The position numbers were made by a program, and so were the translations under genes. From Acidobacteriota bacterium (GTDB lineage: Bacteria > Acidobacteriota > UBA6911), in assembly GCA_963664705.1 (NCBI GenBank), contig OY761556.1, forward strand, positions 4,256,001 through 4,320,000: a DNA stretch of 64,000 nucleotides. The letters are read 5' to 3'. Positions 58,587 through 64,000 of the stretch are shown here, one piece after another (the stretch's first letter is position 1; the number at the start of each line of letters is the position of its first letter). The notes under the pieces were generated by a model. That model had not been told where the DNA came from and did not search any database. It saw only the letters and a list, made by a program, of their open reading frames with translations.

Positions 58587-58600
58587 TTGACCTAAGTCAA
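58587..58600. promoter_or_regulatory. FNR/Crp-family box upstream of the 2Fe-2S gene
   Basis: TTGAC-CTAA-GTCAA with perfectly complementary arms, 50 bp upstream of the start. Confidence 0.6.
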
Positions 58601-58698
58601 GAATACAGAGGAAATATGTTGCAAATCAGAGACGCCCCCCACTCGTCTCCCGGGCTTGCTTCCCTTGCCTTCCTTCCCGGAATCCCCGGATTCGGCAA

Positions 58699-60012
58699 TC
58701 AGTTTGTCCCAGCATGAAGCACCGACTCCTTATGCTTTTGACTATCCGATCTCAGGGCAAGCGCAAGGCAGGCAAGAATAATCAAAGCACACCCCAAAGT
58801 GGTTACAGCCCCCGCATAGCTGCCGGTTGCGGTCTTGATATATCCGACCACCGTAGGCCCAACAAATCCGCCCAGGTTTCCCACTGAATTGATCCATGCA
58901 ATTCCAGCAGCGGCCGCGGTGCCACCCAGGGATGCAGTGCTGAGGGCCCAAAATGGCCCTACCATGGATTTGACGCCGGCAAATGCCAGTGCCAATGCCG
59001 CCAACGAAAGAACCATATTGGAAGTATGCGCGCTGGCAATGAATCCCAAAGCGCCGGCCAGAGCAGCAACGGCAATATGCCAGCGGCGCTCATCCTGGAG
59101 ATCGGAATGCCGGCCATTCAATACCATCAGGACGGTAGCGACAATGTATGGAATTCCATTAAGCAGGCCAATGCGGAATTCGCTCAGATCCGAAAAACTC
59201 TTAATGATTTGGGGAAGCCACATCTCAAACCCATAGCCTCCGACATTAAGCAGGAAATAGATGCCGCACAGCAGCCAAACACGACCGCTGGTAAAAGCAT
59301 CCGCCAGGCGGTGTTTGCCGGCCGGCATGGCTTTCTGTTCCGCTTCGAGTTCCGAAATGAGCCGGCTTTTCTCCTCTGCCGTCAACCAGCCTGCCTTCCC
59401 GGGTCCATCGGGAAGCACCCAAAAAATAAGAATGCCTACCAGCACGGCAGGAATCCCTTCCAGAAGAAAGAGCCACTGCCAACCGGCCAGGCCGCGAAGC
59501 CCATCGAGCTGGAGCAATTTGCCTGAAACCGGCGAGTTGATAAAGCCGGACAATGTGGCAGCTGTGGAAAACAGAGCCACGGTTCGAGCCCTGTCTCGGG
59601 CTGGGAACCAGTAGGTCAGATATAAAATCACCCCCGGGAAAAAACCCGCCTCCGCGGCGCCCAGCAGAAAGCGCATCCAGTAAAATCCCGTAGGATTTTT
59701 GATAAACATCATGCAGGAGGAAACAATGCCCCACAGCACCATGATGCGGGCAATCCAGATCCGGGCACCAATCCTGTGTAGAATGAGGTTGCTTGGCACT
59801 TCGAAGAAGAAGTATCCGATAAAAAACAATCCTGAGCCCCATCCGTAGATCTGGTAATACTTGGACGAATCCACACCGAAAGCTTTCTGAAGCTGGAGCC
59901 CGGCAAATCCTACGTTGATCCGATCAATGTACGCAATGATATAGCAGAGAAACAGCAGCGGAATCAGCCGCCAGGATACTTTGGAAAGAGTTTCTTCCAG
60001 GTCGGACCTCAT
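58699..60012 (-). CDS. MFS transporter, anion:cation symporter (TtuB/HpaX-like)
   Basis: YIDRINVG, FEVPSN, EAGFFPG, GWQWLFLLEG and INSVGNLGG motifs. Confidence 0.9.
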   Translation of the reverse strand: MRSDLEETLSKVSWRLIPLLFLCYIIAYIDRINVGFAGLQLQKAFGVDSSKYYQIYGWGSGLFFIGYFFFEVPSNLILHRIGARIWIARIMVLWGIVSSCMMFIKNPTGFYWMRFLLGAAEAGFFPGVILYLTYWFPARDRARTVALFSTAATLSGFINSPVSGKLLQLDGLRGLAGWQWLFLLEGIPAVLVGILIFWVLPDGPGKAGWLTAEEKSRLISELEAEQKAMPAGKHRLADAFTSGRVWLLCGIYFLLNVGGYGFEMWLPQIIKSFSDLSEFRIGLLNGIPYIVATVLMVLNGRHSDLQDERRWHIAVAALAGALGFIASAHTSNMVLSLAALALAFAGVKSMVGPFWALSTASLGGTAAAAGIAWINSVGNLGGFVGPTVVGYIKTATGSYAGAVTTLGCALIILACLALALRSDSQKHKESVLHAGTN

Positions 60013-60110
60013 CGGGATCTCCTAGGCCTTAATGTATCGGATGCGTGGCTATATTATGAAAAGCAAACCGCGGAAGACATGGAAAAGAGCAGAGAGCTCT
60101 GAAATAATCG

Positions 60111-61052
60111 CTACTTCCCGGCACCCTTCGAGAGGCTTTGGTTGGTCCGCATCAGGTTCTGGAACACTTCCTGGTACGAAGCCTTCTCCTTGAGGCTTGC
60201 ATACGAGCCGGGGAAATAGGTCAGGGTAATATCGGCGGCTCCATCCTCAAAGGCATTCAGGACCACGGCCGCTCTCTGATCATGCGGCAGCCTTGTGTTG
60301 TCGATCATTGGAAAATCAAAAAATCCCACCCAGAACTCCGCTGCGCTTGTTTCGCTGGCCCCACCGTCTCCCTGTGTCTTGATCTCCAGACGCACCTTGA
60401 GCTGCCGTGTCTGCTGATCCGCAGCAAGAACGCGAAGCGAAAACACGCGCGTAATATCATTCAGAGTAAGCGTGGCATCATCCAGGGCGAATCCGCCGGG
60501 ATTCTTTTTCAGACCTTCGAGATCAATCATGCAATCGAATTTCTGTCCGGCGCCTTCCAAAACCAGCATCTGCTTCCGGCTGATCTCGGTTGCCACGCGG
60601 TAAAGACGGTCCAGGTACTGTTTCTTTTGTGAATCGCCCGAACTGACAATCTGCCTTTCCAGGTAGACAAACAGCGGCTTCAGATTCAGAGATTCATGAA
60701 AATTATAGGAAAGCAGTTCCAGGTTCAGCACGCGCTCGTCCAGCGAGGCGGCTCCCGGACGAAGAAACGACTGGATGATGGAAACAAACATATCCTTGCG
60801 AAGCGCGCTTTCCGCTTCTTCGCGCTTGCTCATCAATTCAACCCAGACGCGGGTATTAGTGTCCGTGATCTGCTGACGTTCACGCTCTTTGGCCTCCCGG
60901 ATCTCCCTGTCTTTCAGATAATTGGAGCCGATAAGACCGATGAGCGCCACCGTTACCGCCGTTATCAGACCACCGCTGGACTGCAGGACAATGCCGATCT
61001 TTTCCCAAATATCCCGCTTCTTAGGCTGTTCGTTCTCAATTTCTTCCGACAT
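60111..61052 (-). CDS. Hypothetical single-pass membrane protein
   Basis: 313 aa ORF with an N-terminal TM helix and coiled coil. 3 bp from the upstream gene, AGGA RBS. Confidence 0.75.
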   Translation of the reverse strand: MSEEIENEQPKKRDIWEKIGIVLQSSGGLITAVTVALIGLIGSNYLKDREIREAKERERQQITDTNTRVWVELMSKREEAESALRKDMFVSIIQSFLRPGAASLDERVLNLELLSYNFHESLNLKPLFVYLERQIVSSGDSQKKQYLDRLYRVATEISRKQMLVLEGAGQKFDCMIDLEGLKKNPGGFALDDATLTLNDITRVFSLRVLAADQQTRQLKVRLEIKTQGDGGASETSAAEFWVGFFDFPMIDNTRLPHDQRAAVVLNAFEDGAADITLTYFPGSYASLKEKASYQEVFQNLMRTNQSLSKGAGK

Positions 61053-61055
61053 TGT

Positions 61056-61382
61056 CTATTTCCTTTTCAGCGTCATTTTCCCACCGGCCGTCTCGACCAC
61101 ATAATCGTACCGGGTGGCTTTTTCAAAACTGAATACGTCGGCGGTCGGCTTTTGGTCCTTATAAAAGGCCGTCAGCAAACCTTTTCCCTTCTCCGCCGCA
61201 AAAATGTGATAGGTTCCGGTTTTGTCGATGATTCCCGTAAAGGTTTTCCCGGCGACGGTTACTTCCACCTTGGTACCTTCGGGAACCGCCTTGTTTCCAT
61301 CCACGATGGTTCCGAAGATCTCGCCGCCCATTGCCATGGAAGCTAAGGAAAAAACAAGTGCCGTGCAGATCAACAATTTCAT
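61056..61382 (-). CDS. Hypothetical small exported beta-rich protein
   Basis: Signal peptide and GGGAGG RBS. GEIFGTI...DKTGTY resembles a transthyretin-like/carboxypeptidase-regulatory fold. Confidence 0.7.
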   Translation of the reverse strand: MKLLICTALVFSLASMAMGGEIFGTIVDGNKAVPEGTKVEVTVAGKTFTGIIDKTGTYHIFAAEKGKGLLTAFYKDQKPTADVFSFEKATRYDYVVETAGGKMTLKRK

Positions 61383-61547
61383 TGTACCCTCCCGATTGTT
61401 ATCCTGGTCACTCTACCGCAACAACTGAAAAAAACAAATCGCGCCCTGATCCAATTTCCCGGGCAATTTCGCATTCAAGAATAGGCCGACAATACGGCCG
61501 ATCAAAAACACCTCATTAAGTTTCAGAAATTCAGGAGGAAAATAACA

Positions 61548-62039
61548 ATGCAACGACACCTAATAATTGTCATAGCTGCATCCCTATTCCTTCTCGCTGC
61601 CTCCCTGGCGCATGCCGAGGATGGTAGCCACGGCGGTCAGGGGTATGTCTTTTTCGCTCCGGGAGCGCTGGTTCAAAATGGAAGCCACTTGGGAATGGTG
61701 CATTTTGGAGGTGGTGGAGAAGGGTTGCTTTACAAAGGCCTGGGCGCGGGAGCGGAATTGGGATATGTCGCCCCATGGCAGGAAACTTCCAACGGCATCG
61801 GACTGCTCTCCTTAAATGGCTCGTACCAATTCCAGCGAAACCGGAAGGTTTCTCCGTTCGTTACGCTCGGTTATTCGCTTGGCTTTCGCAGCGGTCACAT
61901 CAACATGATCAATTTTGGCGGAGGCGCACACTGGTGGTTTGCCAACAGGGTTGGACTTCGTATGGAATTTCGCGACCATCTCTACAGCAGAACCGATCTC
62001 CATTACCTGGAAGGCAGAATCGGGCTGTCATTCAGATAA
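61548..62039 (+). CDS. Small outer-membrane beta-barrel protein
   Basis: Signal peptide (AHA), alternating Gly/aromatic strands and C-terminal GLSFR. AGGAGG RBS. Confidence 0.75.
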   Translation: MQRHLIIVIAASLFLLAASLAHAEDGSHGGQGYVFFAPGALVQNGSHLGMVHFGGGGEGLLYKGLGAGAELGYVAPWQETSNGIGLLSLNGSYQFQRNRKVSPFVTLGYSLGFRSGHINMINFGGGAHWWFANRVGLRMEFRDHLYSRTDLHYLEGRIGLSFR

Positions 62040-62084
62040 ACAGGAATGTTGGATTCGTGAAATGCACGGCCGAAGCCCTGGATT

Positions 62085-62792
62085 TCACGAATCTGCTCCC
62101 TTCTGGAATTCAAGCGCAATGAGGGGAGCCTCGGGATTGCCTTCATGCTTGATGAATACAAACACCTCCATCCCCTGCGCCGCCCACGACTGAATCCGCT
62201 GCTGCCATTCCCGGCGTCCATCCGGCGTATACTGCGATTTTCGCAGCCGCAGGTAAGTAAATTGTGTTGTCAGTTGAATCGGCGTTGTCTTTTCATCCGA
62301 ATCATTGATGCAGAGCGCGGCAGAGTAGTTTTGCAGAATCTGATATGTCGACGGATCGAACCAGGAATCGTGCCGGAATTCAAAGACGACCCGAATTTCC
62401 CTTGGCAGAGCTTCCAGGAAGGCGGTCAGCTTTTCGTTGTTGCATTTGAAAAATGGCGGAAGCTGAAAAAGAATCGCTCCAAGTTTCTGCTGCAGTCCCA
62501 TTGATGTCCTGATGAAGTATTGAAGCGCATCCGAAGGGAGGCTTAGACGTTCACTATGGGTAACGCGGCGCGGCGCCTTCAGAACAAACCGGAAATTATC
62601 CGGAACCGATGCGCTCCATGAACTGATTTTGGATTCGTTTGGAATCTGGTAGAAGGTGTTGTTCAGTTCAACACTGCGAAATTGCGTGCCATAAAAACGA
62701 AGGAAGTTTTTTCTGGAGACATCTGCCGGATAGAAGCTCGGCTTCCATTCCGGGTAATCATATCCAGATGTTCCTACATCGATCCGCGCCAT
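62085..62792 (-). CDS. DUF72 (YecE-like) protein
   Basis: VGTSGY, VELNNTFY, FQLPP, EFRHDSW and YLRLR motifs. Confidence 0.9.
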   Translation of the reverse strand: MARIDVGTSGYDYPEWKPSFYPADVSRKNFLRFYGTQFRSVELNNTFYQIPNESKISSWSASVPDNFRFVLKAPRRVTHSERLSLPSDALQYFIRTSMGLQQKLGAILFQLPPFFKCNNEKLTAFLEALPREIRVVFEFRHDSWFDPSTYQILQNYSAALCINDSDEKTTPIQLTTQFTYLRLRKSQYTPDGRREWQQRIQSWAAQGMEVFVFIKHEGNPEAPLIALEFQKGADS

Positions 62793-62803
62793 AGGCCTAA
62801 GCA

Positions 62804-62845
62804 AGAAGCCGGAAGTCAGGAACTGGAAGGCAGGATCCGGAATCC
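62804..62845. repeat. Degenerate heptamer tandem repeat, 6 units
   Basis: agaagcc ggaagtc aggaact ggaaggc aggatcc ggaatcc. Confidence 0.55.
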
Positions 62846-62933
62846 GTCACCTGCTTCCAACACACGTCGAAATAAGTTTATAACTTAACCGGACTCATTG
62901 AAATGCCTCACCGGGGCCTGACCGGCAATCGCT

Positions 62934-63242
62934 CTACTGCACCGTAGTGCCGCTGGAGGGTTTGCCGCCTTCAGTCTGCTTGCTCCGCTGAGCTTGAAGT
63001 GCCTGTATCAGCCCGTCCACGATCTGAGTCGGTATGGCAATCACCGCTTTCACCGGCGCGGGCAAAGTTCCGGTTTTCTGCATTTTCAACGCTTCCTCTT
63101 CGCTCTGGGGGCCGATGACGTCGCAAAAGGTAAGAGTGCAGTCCAGGGGAGACACGCTTACCTGGACATAGTTGGAATATACTCTCGGAGAACTGATCGA
63201 GTGATCCGCAATAATCTGTACCGGTCTTTCCTCGTTCGGCAT
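62934..63242 (-). CDS. DUF3467-like small protein
   Basis: VYSNYVQVSVSPLDCTLTF motif and GAGGG RBS. Confidence 0.7.
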   Translation of the reverse strand: MPNEERPVQIIADHSISSPRVYSNYVQVSVSPLDCTLTFCDVIGPQSEEEALKMQKTGTLPAPVKAVIAIPTQIVDGLIQALQAQRSKQTEGGKPSSGTTVQ

Positions 63243-63268
63243 GTTGTTCCCTCACTTAAGTTGTAGAT

Positions 63269-63613
63269 TTATCCTGGAGGCCAGTGGAGCATTCGTCCGC
63301 CCAGGATATGGATGTGCAGATGAAATACCGTCTGGCCGGCTTCGGCATTTGTGTTAATTACAGTCCGGTAACCCGTTCCATCGATTCCCTGCTCCTTTGC
63401 AATGCGACCTACCACCGTCAACATATGCCCCAGCAGCACTTTATCATTTTCCAGATCATCGTTCAGCGATGTGATGTGCTTGCGCGGAATCACCAGCAGG
63501 TGAACCGGCGCTTTGGGGCTGATATCCTGGAGGACAAGGCACTGATCGTCCTCATAGAGGATTTTTGCCGGCTTTTCGTGAGCCGCCACCTGGCAAAAAA
63601 TGCACCCGAACAT
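63269..63613 (-). CDS. hinT: Histidine triad nucleotide-binding protein
   Basis: CIFC, DISPKAPVH, GQTVFHLHIH and C-terminal WPPG motifs. Confidence 0.9.
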   Translation of the reverse strand: MFGCIFCQVAAHEKPAKILYEDDQCLVLQDISPKAPVHLLVIPRKHITSLNDDLENDKVLLGHMLTVVGRIAKEQGIDGTGYRTVINTNAEAGQTVFHLHIHILGGRMLHWPPG

Positions 63614-63680
63614 TTTCATCTTTCCTTTTTGATAAGCATAAAAAAGCAGTTTCCTGATGGCAAAGGGAAGCATACTCAAA

Positions 63681-63708
63681 GGCTGCAGGTTACAGATTGC
63701 CGGCTGCA
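63681..63708. repeat. Degenerate heptamer tandem repeat, 4 units
   Basis: ggctgca ggttaca gattgcc ggctgca. Confidence 0.55.
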
Positions 63709-63749
63709 ATCTTCGATGGGCATCGGTCAATCTGTGACGGATGAAAGGT

Positions 63750-64000
<251 letters not shown>

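Noticed and set aside
56663-58717. 684-aa plus-strand ORF
   Set aside because: Antisense shadow of the FAD and 2Fe-2S genes, with no recognisable motifs.

Overview
Gene-dense diderm bacterial chromosome segment (~54% GC by eye). Oar-type TonB-dependent receptors and the gene set suggest Acidobacteriota (inference). From left to right it holds an AhpD-like C-terminus, an MBL hydrolase, a TldD/TldE pair that both carry signal peptides, and a RAYT-like HUH (Y1) transposase element with perfect 15-bp terminal inverted repeats. Next come a hidden selenoprotein (PDO/glutaredoxin-like, UPYC, split in the ORF track), a PheA-DAHP synthase fusion, a GH3/GPH sugar operon, DUF350-SLT, DUF3237 and an ABC pair lacking a binding protein. 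A ~18.5-kb phosphate island follows, with two pstSCAB-phoU operons, phoR/phoB, a porin, a TBDR, PiT and 11-bp-periodic Pho-box-like repeats. After it lie a plug-less TBDR-like barrel, uppP, GH31/GH43 and a GSIII gene with a sigma54-type promoter. A nitrogen-oxide cluster contains qNOR-hemerythrin-YccM, acs, a CxxCH-type nrfHA and an orphan Tat/C2H2/2Fe-2S + FAD module. The window ends with an MFS transporter, hypotheticals, DUF72, DUF3467, HIT and the 3' end of murA. I saw no rRNA, tRNA or CRISPR array. The strongest leads are the TIR-bounded HUH element with an ATG-sequestering hairpin, the complementary degenerate PstB pair, the Mo-subunit-less module upstream of nrfHA, the selenoprotein and the plug-less barrel. 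All family calls come from motif recognition by eye; no database search was run.
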